From IMG/VR virus record IMGVR_UViG_2878930440_000003: DNA of 42,740 nt; one strand, given 5' to 3'. This document shows positions 18,164-27,628 of this stretch, in pieces (within the stretch, counting starts at the first letter, position 1; each line of letters starts with the position of its first letter). The notes under the pieces were generated by a model. The model saw only the letters and a list, made by a program, of their open reading frames with translations. It was not told where the DNA came from and ran no database searches. A program made the translations under genes and the position numbers. The stretch comes from a virus. Its lineage: Duplodnaviria; Heunggongvirae; Uroviricota; Caudoviricetes.

Positions 18164-18631
18164 TTATTTCATGAATGCCATCCAAATAGTTTGGTTCTTG
18201 ATGGTGGTACGATGTCCGAATATAGGTTTGTAATCGGTGATTGCCTTTAGCACATCACTAACCTTTATCTGCTGCTCGTTCCACTTGAAAATGAGTGTTC
18301 CGTTTGTTTTCAGCACCCTCATGCCCTCATGGATAGAATCGTTGATGAATGCTTGCCAATTTTCGGGCAGCTTACCATATTTCTTGCATAGCCATGAGTT
18401 CTGTCCTACTTTTAGCAGATGAGGAGGGTCGAAGACAACCATATTAAATGTTTCATCTTCGAATGGCAAATTAGTGCAATCGGCTATCATATCGGGTTGT
18501 ATGTCTAATTTGCGTCCATCACATAATGTGTCGTGATATTCTCTTATGTCGGTAAAAAGAACCTGTGGGTCTTGCTTGTCGAAATAAAACATACGAGATC
18601 CGCAACACATATCTAATATTCTTTGTTTCAT
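18164..18631 (-). CDS. Class I SAM-dependent methyltransferase (phage type)
   Basis: ILDMCCGSRMF (motif I), FTDIR and VVFDPPH (DPPH-type motif). Confidence 0.85.
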   Translation of the reverse strand: MKQRILDMCCGSRMFYFDKQDPQVLFTDIREYHDTLCDGRKLDIQPDMIADCTNLPFEDETFNMVVFDPPHLLKVGQNSWLCKKYGKLPENWQAFINDSIHEGMRVLKTNGTLIFKWNEQQIKVSDVLKAITDYKPIFGHRTTIKNQTIWMAFMK

Positions 18632-18634
18632 ATA

Positions 18635-19882
18635 CTACTTCTTTGTTAGTTTAATTGCCTTTATAAGGCGATGATCTCCTGCTATTTTACCGGAATCTTC
18701 TCCAGTGCTATCAATCTGAACATAGTAACCGCTTGAACCAATCTGAGCAGAGTCGCCGCTTGAACCAATCTGAGCAGAGTCGCCACTTGAACCAATCTGA
18801 GCAGAGTCACCGCTTGAACCAATCTTAGCATAGTCGCCACTTGAACCAATCTTAGCATAGTCGCCACTTGAACCAATCTTAGCAGAGTAGCCACTTGAAC
18901 CAATCTTAGCAGAGTAGCCACTTGAACCAATCTTAGCAGAGTAGCCACTTGAACCAATCTTAGCAGAGTAGCCACTTGAACCAATCTTAGCAGAGTAGCC
19001 ACTTGAACCAATCTTAGCAGAGTAGCCACTTGAACCAATCTTAGCAGAGTAGCCACTTGAACCAATCTTAGCAGAGTAGCCACTTGAACCAATCTTAGCA
19101 GAGTAGCCACTTGAACCAATCTTAGCAGAGTAGCCACTTGAACCAATCTTAGCAGAGTAGCCACTTGAACCAATCTTAGCAGAGTAGCCACTTGAACCAA
19201 TCTTAGCAGAGTAGCCACTTGAACCAATCTTAGCAGAGTAGCCACTTGAACCAATCTTAGCAGAGTAGCCACTTGAACCAATCTTAGCAGAGTAGCCACT
19301 TGAACCAATCTTAGCAGAGTAGCCACTTGAACCAATCTTAGCAGAGTAGCCACTTGAACCAATCTTAGCAGAGTAGCCACTTGAACCAATCTTAGCAGAG
19401 TAGCCACTTGAACCAATCTTAGCAGAGTAGCCACTTGAACCAATCTTAGCAGAGTAGCCACTTGAACCAATCTTAGCAGAGTAGCCACTTGAACCAATCT
19501 TAGCAGAGTAGCCACCATTATCATTAAGTTCTCCTGTAGCCTTAACCTTAGATGGTGATGTAACATCTTTTATCCATTTAACTCCAAGTTTGATAATGTC
19601 TGCAAGTTTTAACTCAGCAGAAATCTTGATTTTAGAAGAACAAACCTTAGTCGAGTTATCTTCTTTATCAATTTTGCCAGACTGTTCTACCTTTGCAAAT
19701 CGTGATGTCAACATGTCATAGTAGTCCCACACTTCCATTGGAGACTTGCAAGCGTGGAAACCTTGTTTGCAACACTTGATTTCTCCGTCCATTTCATACT
19801 CTTTTCCTACTTCGTACTGAAATCCACGGCATTTCATATTCTTGTCGAATCCCTTGTAGGATATTATCTTATTTTCTTTCAT
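18635..19882 (-). CDS. DUF7666-like phage protein with a greatly expanded nonapeptide repeat and apparently truncated C-terminus
   Basis: N-domain YKGFDKNMKCRGFQYEVGKEY...GFHAC, followed by (SAKIGSSGY)x23 and 6 variant units. Confidence 0.75.
   Translation of the reverse strand: MKENKIISYKGFDKNMKCRGFQYEVGKEYEMDGEIKCCKQGFHACKSPMEVWDYYDMLTSRFAKVEQSGKIDKEDNSTKVCSSKIKISAELKLADIIKLGVKWIKDVTSPSKVKATGELNDNGGYSAKIGSSGYSAKIGSSGYSAKIGSSGYSAKIGSSGYSAKIGSSGYSAKIGSSGYSAKIGSSGYSAKIGSSGYSAKIGSSGYSAKIGSSGYSAKIGSSGYSAKIGSSGYSAKIGSSGYSAKIGSSGYSAKIGSSGYSAKIGSSGYSAKIGSSGYSAKIGSSGYSAKIGSSGYSAKIGSSGYSAKIGSSGYSAKIGSSGYSAKIGSSGYSAKIGSSGDYAKIGSSGDYAKIGSSGDSAQIGSSGDSAQIGSSGDSAQIGSSGYYVQIDSTGEDSGKIAGDHRLIKAIKLTKK
18725..19507 (-). 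repeat. Tandem repeat of a 27-bp unit, 29 copies (23 identical, 6 variant)
   Basis: Unit GCCACTTGAACCAATCTTAGCAGAGTA on the + strand; 783 bp = 29 x 27. Confidence 0.95.
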
Positions 19883-19909
19883 TATTACTTACTTTATGCC
19901 CGAAGGCGG

Positions 19910-20143
19910 TTAATCACCATATTTATATAATTCTTCGCCACTTGAGTCATATCCACAACAAGGACATACCCACCCCCAAATTACAACGGACTTTTTACAC
20001 TTAGGGCATAAGCCTCTGACTTTATTAAAGGATTCTAAAGCATATTGACAAGCTTTTAAATACTCTAATTCATCTTTATCAGATTGATTATCAATAAGTG
20101 CCTTATACTCATCCTTATCTAAAACTACAACTTCTAATGCCAT
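19910..20143 (-). CDS. Small zinc-ribbon protein
   Basis: CPKC...CPCC. Confidence 0.6.
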   Translation of the reverse strand: MALEVVVLDKDEYKALIDNQSDKDELEYLKACQYALESFNKVRGLCPKCKKSVVIWGWVCPCCGYDSSGEELYKYGD

Positions 20144-20172
20144 ATCTGTACCTATATTTATGCCCGAAGGCG

Positions 20173-20319
20173 TTAAACACTTAATTTTCTATCTATCGCT
20201 TTTATCACTTCTTGTATGGAAGCTGCCTCATCATTGGTTTTTGCATATCGTCTATTATATATTACCAACATATTTTTGAGGCGAATAAAATCTGTTCTCA
20301 ACAACTTATCATTGCCCAT
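20173..20319 (-). CDS. 48-aa hypothetical protein (below the ORF track cutoff)
   Basis: MGNDKLLRTDFIRLKNMLVIYNRRYAKTNDEAASIQEVIKAIDRKLSV fills the gap exactly. Confidence 0.55.
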   Translation of the reverse strand: MGNDKLLRTDFIRLKNMLVIYNRRYAKTNDEAASIQEVIKAIDRKLSV

Positions 20320-20321
20320 AC

Positions 20322-20720
20322 CTACACCTCCATTTTATGATTAATACCAAGACCAAAGAGAAGATGCTGGAGTTCGTGAACATACTTAATGTATGCAATT
20401 TGTTTACATACATTGTTGTCAGTAAACGGATATACATCAAACTCATCACCGATACCTTTTTCTATGTAGATAGGAAAATATCCATATTCTTCAATATCGG
20501 GTTTTGTATATACCCAATGACTATTCTTCTCTAGAATCTCAGTAGTGAGAGGAATCGGTAAAATATCTCTGTCTGCAACTAAAGCTGTTTTTGTACTATT
20601 AGTTGAAATTAAAGCATAACATATCTTGTTATGAAGAAAGTTTTCTTCAAAATTAACAATAGTATAAGTATTGGTTACAAACTTTACCAAATCTCCTGGA
20701 ATATATTCTAACTTATCCAT
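20322..20720 (-). CDS. Hypothetical protein
   Basis: 132-aa ORF in the operon; ends IKYVHELQHLLFGLGI. Confidence 0.65.
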   Translation of the reverse strand: MDKLEYIPGDLVKFVTNTYTIVNFEENFLHNKICYALISTNSTKTALVADRDILPIPLTTEILEKNSHWVYTKPDIEEYGYFPIYIEKGIGDEFDVYPFTDNNVCKQIAYIKYVHELQHLLFGLGINHKMEV

Positions 20721-20732
20721 ACTCTTTACTTC

Positions 20733-20894
20733 TTAAAACGCAATTCTAAAATCCTTACCTCTCAAAGTAGGTCTCTTTTGGAGGACGAACTTCTCTAAAT
20801 CTTCAAAATCTATCGGGAAGAGCGCACAATATTTATACTTTAATGTGCAGATGAATCTTCCATTGAGCATTACATCAAATACAAATGTTTTCAT
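20733..20894 (-). CDS. 53-aa hypothetical protein (below the ORF track cutoff)
   Basis: MKTFVFDVMLNGRFICTLKY...LRGKDFRIAF; overlaps the upstream stop (TGA/ATG coupling). Confidence 0.6.
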   Translation of the reverse strand: MKTFVFDVMLNGRFICTLKYKYCALFPIDFEDLEKFVLQKRPTLRGKDFRIAF

Positions 20895-21244
20895 TGATTA
20901 CCTCCTTCCTTTGAGAATAAATCATCAACATAGAGCCACCCGTCTATAGGCATATTCTCAACAAATCCTTTCCAAGACTTGAAATCTTTGACTTGGGCTA
21001 ATGAATAATAGTTGCCTACACTATAGTGCAGCAATATCCATTCATCATATCCTTCTGGCTCTTTATTTGTTTGATGCCACAAATCCTTCAAGAACTCATT
21101 GATAGCCCACTTAGCACCTTCTTTGAAGCTACCTTTGCCCCTAAGACAAATCATTTCATCCTCAACCTTGCCACTATTGTATCTAGCATACTCTGTCTCA
21201 ATATGCTTATTAGCAGCAGCTTTTATTTTCTTATCGTCAATCAT
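20891..21244 (-). CDS. Hypothetical protein
   Basis: 117 aa; SFKEGAKWAINEF motif; coupled to neighbours. Confidence 0.65.
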   Translation of the reverse strand: MIDDKKIKAAANKHIETEYARYNSGKVEDEMICLRGKGSFKEGAKWAINEFLKDLWHQTNKEPEGYDEWILLHYSVGNYYSLAQVKDFKSWKGFVENMPIDGWLYVDDLFSKEGGNQ

Positions 21245-21246
21245 AC

Positions 21247-21555
21247 TTAGTCCTCCTCTTTTTTGTTATCATTAATCAACTTGCGTAATTGAGATATAAC
21301 CTCATTTACGTTCTTATCATGCGCTCCTTCGTAAAGTCCAAGGTTGAGCATAATAATGTTAAGTGCAGGGTCATTTATCTCAATAGCCCTTTCTGTGAGT
21401 ATTCCAAGCACACGTGTCAAAATCGTAAAAGTCACAGGATAAGGAGTGCTTTTAGAACACTCAGCTATCTCTTTCAATAGCCTTGGCATATCAACCTTCC
21501 ACACCATATCGTTCATAACATAGTCCTGAACAGTTTTACTTTTGATTTTCTTCAT
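21247..21555 (-). CDS. Hypothetical protein
   Basis: 102-aa ORF in the operon. Confidence 0.6.
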   Translation of the reverse strand: MKKIKSKTVQDYVMNDMVWKVDMPRLLKEIAECSKSTPYPVTFTILTRVLGILTERAIEINDPALNIIMLNLGLYEGAHDKNVNEVISQLRKLINDNKKEED

Positions 21556-21557
21556 AC

Positions 21558-21956
21558 TTATTCCTCCTCTTTAGTTTCATACTCCTGTTGTAACTTCTTG
21601 ACCTCGTTCACGAACTTGCTGACATCAATATCACAATCAATTACCTCTTGATGGTTTTTGATAGCATCTTCTATCAGATGGGTGCATTCTTCGGTAAAAC
21701 CACAGATACGATCACCCTCGATGGTGTAGAGATACTTGTGGGTGTTGTAGTATGCACACTGACAGAGAGATAAGCCCTCTGAGTTGAGGCGGTCCCGTAC
21801 ATCGGGATTGTTGATGCGAAGGACCACCATCTTACCTTTACTAGAATAGTACTTGCGGTATTTGATGCGGTCTGCAACGATGATTGCTATAGCTACCAAC
21901 CACAGGATAGCTAGCACTATGATACCATCTGTTTGAATTGTATTCATAACTTTCAT
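21558..21956 (-). CDS. Hypothetical membrane-anchored protein
   Basis: N-terminal TM segment IIVLAILWLVAIAIIV. Confidence 0.6.
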   Translation of the reverse strand: MKVMNTIQTDGIIVLAILWLVAIAIIVADRIKYRKYYSSKGKMVVLRINNPDVRDRLNSEGLSLCQCAYYNTHKYLYTIEGDRICGFTEECTHLIEDAIKNHQEVIDCDIDVSKFVNEVKKLQQEYETKEEE

Positions 21957-21969
21957 TTTTATTGTTTGT

Positions 21970-22674
21970 TTATCTTAAGTCGTCCATACTTCCAGGATTT
22001 TGAATGTTCAGTTCCTTGTTGACATCATGTAGGCTGACTGATGGTAGTGTATGCGTGTCGGGGTCTAAACCTTTCGACTTGCAGTAGTTTCTCCATGCCT
22101 CTATGCCATGAGGCTTCTTTGCATCCTCTATCGCTTTCAGTCGCTCTTCTTCTTTTCTGCGCTCGTCCTCTACCCTTCCACGCTCAAGCAGAAGTTCTTT
22201 TTCGTATGAGTCAAGTGCTATCATTAAATCTTGCGGATTGATAGTAGTACAGGATTTTTCTTTGTATTCATGCTTGTACTGGTATAGCTTTCCATACTTG
22301 CCTTCCATTATCCTAATAAAAGCGTAGTCGAGTTCTGTTGTAGTCCAATAATAGTACTTTGCGCATAATCTCGTTGCAAGCATCTGTACCTGAAACTCCG
22401 TGACTATATCGAAGACTCCAAGAAAAGTGAATAGTTCTATCAGCCTGCCCTTTACCCATCCGACGAGTGAGCGCAAGCCACCTTGCTTCTGAACACTGAG
22501 CAAGGTGGTTGTACTTTTACATATAGCACTCGTAAAGGAAACTGGGCGAACGTAGTTCGGTTTATCCTTGGTAATCGGAACCAAGGATTCTTGCAGCCTT
22601 TGCTGCGAGATTGACAGCTCGTTGTTGTTCATAATCTTGCTTTTGGATAATTTCGTCATTCCAACACTCACCAT
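21970..22674 (-). CDS. Replication accessory/helicase-loader-like protein (DUF6633-like), copy A; start uncertain
   Basis: WTTTELDYAFIRIMEGKYGKLY resembles LNLNELITFFKMFIAGKFEKFY in 40176..41054; overlaps the initiator-like gene. Confidence 0.55.
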   Translation of the reverse strand: MVSVGMTKLSKSKIMNNNELSISQQRLQESLVPITKDKPNYVRPVSFTSAICKSTTTLLSVQKQGGLRSLVGWVKGRLIELFTFLGVFDIVTEFQVQMLATRLCAKYYYWTTTELDYAFIRIMEGKYGKLYQYKHEYKEKSCTTINPQDLMIALDSYEKELLLERGRVEDERRKEEERLKAIEDAKKPHGIEAWRNYCKSKGLDPDTHTLPSVSLHDVNKELNIQNPGSMDDLR

Positions 22675-23050
22675 TAAGATAAGTGAGTGGGTCTTTTCTG
22701 TATACAGGGTCGGGCGTGGATGCTACGTAAAGGGGTGTAGCTTTCATACAAGCTACCTTATCGTTAAGGCTTAACTTCTTCCACTTAGCCTCTGCCTTCT
22801 TGCGGCCTCGTTTTTTATTGTAGGCATTCCACCATTCTTCAAAAGGCGGTTCGAAGACCAACATCTGTTTTTGCTCTTCTTCAACCTCCAAGTCTACCGT
22901 CTCCACTTCGGCATGATTGTCGAACAACTCAGAAGGCTTGTAATACTTACCCGTAAGCGCCCATCTTGCACCAGCTACAAAAGCATCTTGCAAGGGTTCG
23001 CTTTCCGAATATTTATTTGCCTCCGAATGGATTTCCTTTAACGTTTTCAT
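22562..23050 (-). CDS. Replication initiator/replisome organizer-like protein, copy A
   Basis: C-terminal FEEWWNAYNKKRGRKKAEAKWKKL...DPLTYLNGECWNDE domain. Confidence 0.65.
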   Translation of the reverse strand: MKTLKEIHSEANKYSESEPLQDAFVAGARWALTGKYYKPSELFDNHAEVETVDLEVEEEQKQMLVFEPPFEEWWNAYNKKRGRKKAEAKWKKLSLNDKVACMKATPLYVASTPDPVYRKDPLTYLNGECWNDEIIQKQDYEQQRAVNLAAKAARILGSDYQG

Positions 23051-23071
23051 AAGCTATATGATTTTGATGAT

Positions 23072-23503
23072 TTATACCCAACCGGCGCCCGAGTTCTCGA
23101 GTTCTCGCTTGCAATATTGCAAACCAACTTGGTCGTCGGGTTCCGGAATCATGATACTGCGGACATTAGCGTAATCTATCACGTTTCGGATAACGCTGCT
23201 AGCCTCTGCTGTATTGAGGGAAGTGAGAGGCTTGTATTTGCGGTTGCCCGTCTTGTCTACCTCATCGGTATAGAAGATGTAGCTGCAAACGTTGCGCTGA
23301 ATATCACGAAGCGTTTCGTAGAAGGTCTGCCCTAACTTTAGGGCGAGATAGCTAATCATGAAGTGAAGATAACTAGACTGCTTGTCGGTCTGAATGGGGT
23401 GAAACTTCTTCAGTTCGATATTATACCCACATTCTTTGGCTTTTTGAACTTCCTTCACGATTCTCAGATAGTCGCGAGGATCATTAGGATTGTATACACT
23501 CAT
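23072..23503 (-). CDS. NinB-like protein, copy A
   Basis: QTDKQSSYLH...TSLNTAEASSVI...IMIPEP pattern. Confidence 0.5.
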   Translation of the reverse strand: MSVYNPNDPRDYLRIVKEVQKAKECGYNIELKKFHPIQTDKQSSYLHFMISYLALKLGQTFYETLRDIQRNVCSYIFYTDEVDKTGNRKYKPLTSLNTAEASSVIRNVIDYANVRSIMIPEPDDQVGLQYCKRELENSGAGWV

Positions 23504-23513
23504 ATTATTATAA

Positions 23514-24230
23514 TTACATTAGATTGATTACTAAACCCTTGCAAGCATAGTCGGTTGGAACACCGAGGACCTGCTGGAATTTGTTTACGGCAACATCGGG
23601 GTTAAGATGGCGTGCTGAACCATGAATGAGGACGATGCGCTTGGCGGTATTGGCTGCCTTGCATTCGTTGAGATACTCGATAGAGTGAGCCAGACTCATG
23701 TGGGAAAGACGGATTCGGTCGGCTTGGCTGACTATCGTCTTGCCTTCGTTTACGGCTTTCTCTAGGAGAGAATCATCATAGTTGCATTCTGCCAAGAAGT
23801 ACCGGCACCCTTGAACTACATTTTCCATATTGTAGCAATCGGTGAAGAACATCATGGTTCCCATTTCCGGATGATGAATGAGGAAAGAGAAACAAGGCAC
23901 ATCGTGTTCTACCTTCATCGGGGTTATGCTGAAAGCACCAAGATGATAGGTCTGTTCTTTAATCATGCCTTTTACTCCCTTGCATTTCTCGGATAACTCT
24001 TCGGTAGAGTAAGCATCAATTCCTGCTCTCAGAAAGTCTTTGGCATTTTTTGCATGATCGCCATGGGAGTGACTGATAATCACTCCCACGCATTTTGATG
24101 TTTTGAGGTTTGCAACTTTCTTTACTTCCTGCAACGGACGACCTGCCTCTATACAGAGCTGCTGACCATTACTAGACTCTAGTACGTAGCTATTGCCTTG
24201 ACTATTGCTATTTACTACTATCAGCTTCAT
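23514..24230 (-). CDS. MBL-fold metallohydrolase (probable exonuclease partner of RecT)
   Basis: SHSHGDH (HxHxDH), VEHD, FFTD and IHGS motifs. Confidence 0.88.
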   Translation of the reverse strand: MKLIVVNSNSQGNSYVLESSNGQQLCIEAGRPLQEVKKVANLKTSKCVGVIISHSHGDHAKNAKDFLRAGIDAYSTEELSEKCKGVKGMIKEQTYHLGAFSITPMKVEHDVPCFSFLIHHPEMGTMMFFTDCYNMENVVQGCRYFLAECNYDDSLLEKAVNEGKTIVSQADRIRLSHMSLAHSIEYLNECKAANTAKRIVLIHGSARHLNPDVAVNKFQQVLGVPTDYACKGLVINLM

Positions 24231-24232
24231 AC

Positions 24233-25150
24233 TTAACTCAAACTAAACTTTTGAGCCTGTGGCTGCTCATCATGTACTTCTTCGGCATTCACGACTTCGC
24301 CGGTATCAGTATTGACCGTGATAACGTTCTTTGCCTCGGCAAACTCTTCATCACGCTGAACGATGGCAGAAGGAGCCTCATCGGCATTGATAACCTGCGC
24401 TGCATCAACAGAGAGCTCACCCCATGAGGAAAGAAGCTGACGAAGGACGGTCTTTTCTGCCATGTCCTGAAAACCAGCAAACCATCCTAGACCTCCACCT
24501 TCTCCATTTACAGATTGCTTGATTCCCATGTCTCTCAAATCCTGCCATGTAAACTTTGAATACTTGACTGTTGGGGCGTAGGTCTTTGCAAACTTACATA
24601 CATCATCAATAGTCATGTACATAATCTTCTCGAAGCCAGACTTCTGCTTGAAATATGCGAAATATCCTACTGGAACATCTGAAATCTTCTCTCCGCTGAT
24701 ATCGAGTGAACCTGTCACCTTATCGAAACCTTGGAACTCTCCTTCATAGACGGTTCCCTTATTGATGTTCTTATACTTATCGGTGCGAAGAGCAAGATTG
24801 ATATATCCCTTTGTTCCTATGATAAGGGTTGGTGTAGGAACGAGCTGACCGGTTGCCTTATCTTTGTTCTTGAAGACCACGATGTATGCCTGCCCCAACT
24901 GCTTGTTGATAGGCAATCGCAATCCTGCTGCCTTTACAGCCTCGCCCATGAGCGCATTAGGGTCGCACTGCATCAGCTGAGTGTCGGAAGTGAACAACTC
25001 CATCAAACTGGTGGTAAAGGCGCCTTTGTTGTCCTTCAATGTGTTCTGCAACAGGCTTTGGTAATAACTATTGTTCATTACCGCCTGAAAATTCTTAACT
25101 GCTACTGCCTTCTGAGAAGGCTGTGCCTTTGCTACTGCTGTTTCTGCCAT
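24233..25150 (-). CDS. recT: RecT-family single-strand annealing protein
   Basis: CDPNALMGEAVKAAGLRLP, QAYIV, IGTKGYINLALRT and MAEKTVLRQLL motifs. Confidence 0.88.
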   Translation of the reverse strand: MAETAVAKAQPSQKAVAVKNFQAVMNNSYYQSLLQNTLKDNKGAFTTSLMELFTSDTQLMQCDPNALMGEAVKAAGLRLPINKQLGQAYIVVFKNKDKATGQLVPTPTLIIGTKGYINLALRTDKYKNINKGTVYEGEFQGFDKVTGSLDISGEKISDVPVGYFAYFKQKSGFEKIMYMTIDDVCKFAKTYAPTVKYSKFTWQDLRDMGIKQSVNGEGGGLGWFAGFQDMAEKTVLRQLLSSWGELSVDAAQVINADEAPSAIVQRDEEFAEAKNVITVNTDTGEVVNAEEVHDEQPQAQKFSLS

Positions 25151-25152
25151 GA

Positions 25153-25404
25153 TTACTTCTTCTCTTCTTTATGATTGATTAATTCCTTAGCGATACCAGC
25201 CAAGGCTATTGTTCCCAAAGCAAGATTGATTTCGCCACTTTCCGGAAAAAGTTCTTTTGGATCAACCTCTACGCTATCGTGGTTATCTAACCACTCCTTT
25301 ATCCGGCTCGAATCCGTTCCGTCCTTCATGCCTCCTCCTAACGCTAGAGTACCTTTGATAAGGTCTTTATCAACCAACATTTCTAATTTTAAAGTTTCTG
25401 CCAT
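25153..25404 (-). CDS. Hypothetical protein
   Basis: 83-aa ORF in the operon. Confidence 0.55.
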   Translation of the reverse strand: MAETLKLEMLVDKDLIKGTLALGGGMKDGTDSSRIKEWLDNHDSVEVDPKELFPESGEINLALGTIALAGIAKELINHKEEKK

Positions 25405-25409
25405 GATTT

Positions 25410-25631
25410 TTATTTACTTATATGTTTGATTAATTCTTCTTTTGTTTTAAACACTTCGCTTTCTTTTCTTGTTGGGAAAACTGCGAACTTATACTGAATA
25501 GAGCAAGGTGCCTCGCCTATCTGCTGAAAGAATACACCCACGATGTTTGCACGTCGGATTTTGTACCCATCGAGCAGATAGACTGCGTCACCTATATCGA
25601 ACTTAGTCTTGATTTGCATGATGCGTTTCAA
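25410..25631 (-). CDS. Hypothetical protein (SH3-like)
   Basis: KTKFDIGDAVYL pattern. Confidence 0.55.
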   Translation of the reverse strand: MKRIMQIKTKFDIGDAVYLLDGYKIRRANIVGVFFQQIGEAPCSIQYKFAVFPTRKESEVFKTKEELIKHISK

Positions 25632-27628
25632 TCCATTGTTGCCAGAGCGAAATGCTCAACCTTCAGTTTATCGTCCTTTGATACAACTAGTCGGATTTGC
25701 TGACCGCCTGTGCTGAGCGGATGGTTAACGCTTTCGCATTCGTCGAGCACGACAGGAACCGATACATCATAGAACTGGCCGATAGTGCGCGCGATGTCGA
25801 TTCCGGCATTCACCTTGGCAGCACCATTGAGGCGGCTGTAAGGCACACCATTGTGATAACATTCGCAATAAGGTTTCTTCTCACCATCGAGTTTTGGAAG
25901 GAACAGACTCCATTTTACGAAACGGAAGTGCTGATTGACCTTGTCTTCAAGAGCCTTGCAAGACAACTGATAGAACTCGTTTGTGATGTTGAGTTTATCA
26001 TCAATATCATCAAGCTGCTCCTGGAAGATGGCTTTATCCTTCTGTGCTGCTTCGATATGAGTCATTGTGTTGTCGTAAGATGCTTTTGAGACGAGGAGTT
26101 CGAGGACTTCATCGTATCTGTCAGAAAGCGGCTTTTGCTCTTCAGCGAGTGCTTGAAGTAACTTGTCGTTATCTTCATTGCTATCAGATGGATTGTCGAG
26201 TTCTGCCTGCAACTCACCAATCTCTTTCACTACCTGCTGATATTCTTCCTTCTCGGCTAGAATCTGCTCGTAGGTGCGTGGAGCATCGGCATCAACTTCT
26301 GCCTTATGCTTTTCGGCATCATTGAGGGCTTGGTGAGCCTTGACGAGCTGGTTTGTGGTGGTCTGACGATCATCATTCAGTTTATCCAACTCTTTGTTGA
26401 GTTCGGTGTATGCGCTTTGGAGTTTGGCAAACTCATTGTTGAGTTCCTTCATATCATCTGCCTTGCGAGAGTTGAACCGGTTCTGAGATTCCTGTTTAAG
26501 GAGCTGAACATCACCTAGAGGGAGAGCCTGACCGCAATGAGGACAGAAACCTTCCTTATCATCCCATTCCCAAGTGCGCTTGGCAATCTCATCGCTACGC
26601 TTGTTCAAGTCGCCAACCTTCTTCTTGCACTCTTCAATCTGAGCATTTATCTGAACCTCGGTGGCAGGATAGCCACTCATGACTGCTTTGAGGTTATCAA
26701 CCGTAGATTCTGCCTTATTGAAGGCTGCGTTGGCGTTGAGAACATCGCTTTGGTGCTTGGTCATGCTATCGGTAGACTCCTTGTCTGCGCCCTGTTCCAT
26801 CATTCGCTTGCGTTTTTCAGCAAACTCAATCTTCTTGCGGATTCCGTCAAGTCGAACCCTGTCTGCTCCACCGGTTCGAATCTGCTGAATCTTGTTGCCT
26901 ATCTCTGCCAACTTTCCTTGCAGCTCATCCCCTTCTTTACCCAAGGCCTTCCAATCCTGCTTTGGTGGAAGGGTCTTGTCGAGTTCGGCAAGTCTGATAG
27001 GGACCGCATCGAGTTCCTTCTGAACTTCTGTACGCTTATGCTTGAGGTGGTGAATGATGGCATCAATATCTTTCTGTTTGAGAAGTTCAACAAGATAATC
27101 ATACTTCTCTTCGCCCTTCGTGATGTCTTCGACTGAAATGTCACCTGCCAAAGACTGAAGGAATGCACGCTGATTCTGCCAAGTCATACCAAGGAACAGA
27201 TTAGGACAGATGCACCACGCAAATGGGTCTTCTTGGAAGATGTTGTTAACTACTTTATCGAAATCTCCGGCGGTAGTCAATTCTCCATCAACATAGTACT
27301 TGAAGGTGTTGGTGCATTTATCACCTTTCCACTTGTCGGTCAGAACTCGCTTGAACGAGATTTCATCACCATCTACCAACATAACCAACTCGGATGAATG
27401 CTCTATCTCCTTGATAATATTGTGATTCTCATCGAAGGTTTTGATGTCGAGTTGCATGCCGTTGGTATCAGTACCGAATAATGTGTACATGATGGCATTG
27501 CCGATAGTGCTCTTGCCTCTTCCGTTGTCTCCCGAGATAACGGTTAGGTCTTCTCCAAAATCGAAGACTCCGGCACGGATGCCACAGAAATTTTGCAGTT
27601 TAAGTGTCTTGAATAGGATTTTCTTCAT
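25628..27628 (-). CDS. SMC/SbcC-like AAA ATPase with long coiled coil and zinc hook
   Basis: Walker A GDNGRGKST, CPHC hook, signature-like LNGAA and Walker B VVLDECE. Confidence 0.88.
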   Translation of the reverse strand: MKKILFKTLKLQNFCGIRAGVFDFGEDLTVISGDNGRGKSTIGNAIMYTLFGTDTNGMQLDIKTFDENHNIIKEIEHSSELVMLVDGDEISFKRVLTDKWKGDKCTNTFKYYVDGELTTAGDFDKVVNNIFQEDPFAWCICPNLFLGMTWQNQRAFLQSLAGDISVEDITKGEEKYDYLVELLKQKDIDAIIHHLKHKRTEVQKELDAVPIRLAELDKTLPPKQDWKALGKEGDELQGKLAEIGNKIQQIRTGGADRVRLDGIRKKIEFAEKRKRMMEQGADKESTDSMTKHQSDVLNANAAFNKAESTVDNLKAVMSGYPATEVQINAQIEECKKKVGDLNKRSDEIAKRTWEWDDKEGFCPHCGQALPLGDVQLLKQESQNRFNSRKADDMKELNNEFAKLQSAYTELNKELDKLNDDRQTTTNQLVKAHQALNDAEKHKAEVDADAPRTYEQILAEKEEYQQVVKEIGELQAELDNPSDSNEDNDKLLQALAEEQKPLSDRYDEVLELLVSKASYDNTMTHIEAAQKDKAIFQEQLDDIDDKLNITNEFYQLSCKALEDKVNQHFRFVKWSLFLPKLDGEKKPYCECYHNGVPYSRLNGAAKVNAGIDIARTIGQFYDVSVPVVLDECESVNHPLSTGGQQIRLVVSKDDKLKVEHFALATMD

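Noticed and set aside
18725-19507. Possible CRISPR array
   Set aside because: The 27-bp units are contiguous with no spacers and are in frame within a protein; no cas genes are present.
18682-19566. 294-aa (LLRLVQVAT)n ORF in a second minus-strand frame
   Set aside because: A by-product of the stop-free repeat; no plausible leader or non-repeat domain.
23553-23564. Partial late-box match GTTGGAACAC inside the MBL gene
   Set aside because: Only 10 of 16 bases match, it lies in coding sequence, and no -7 element is present at 34 nt.
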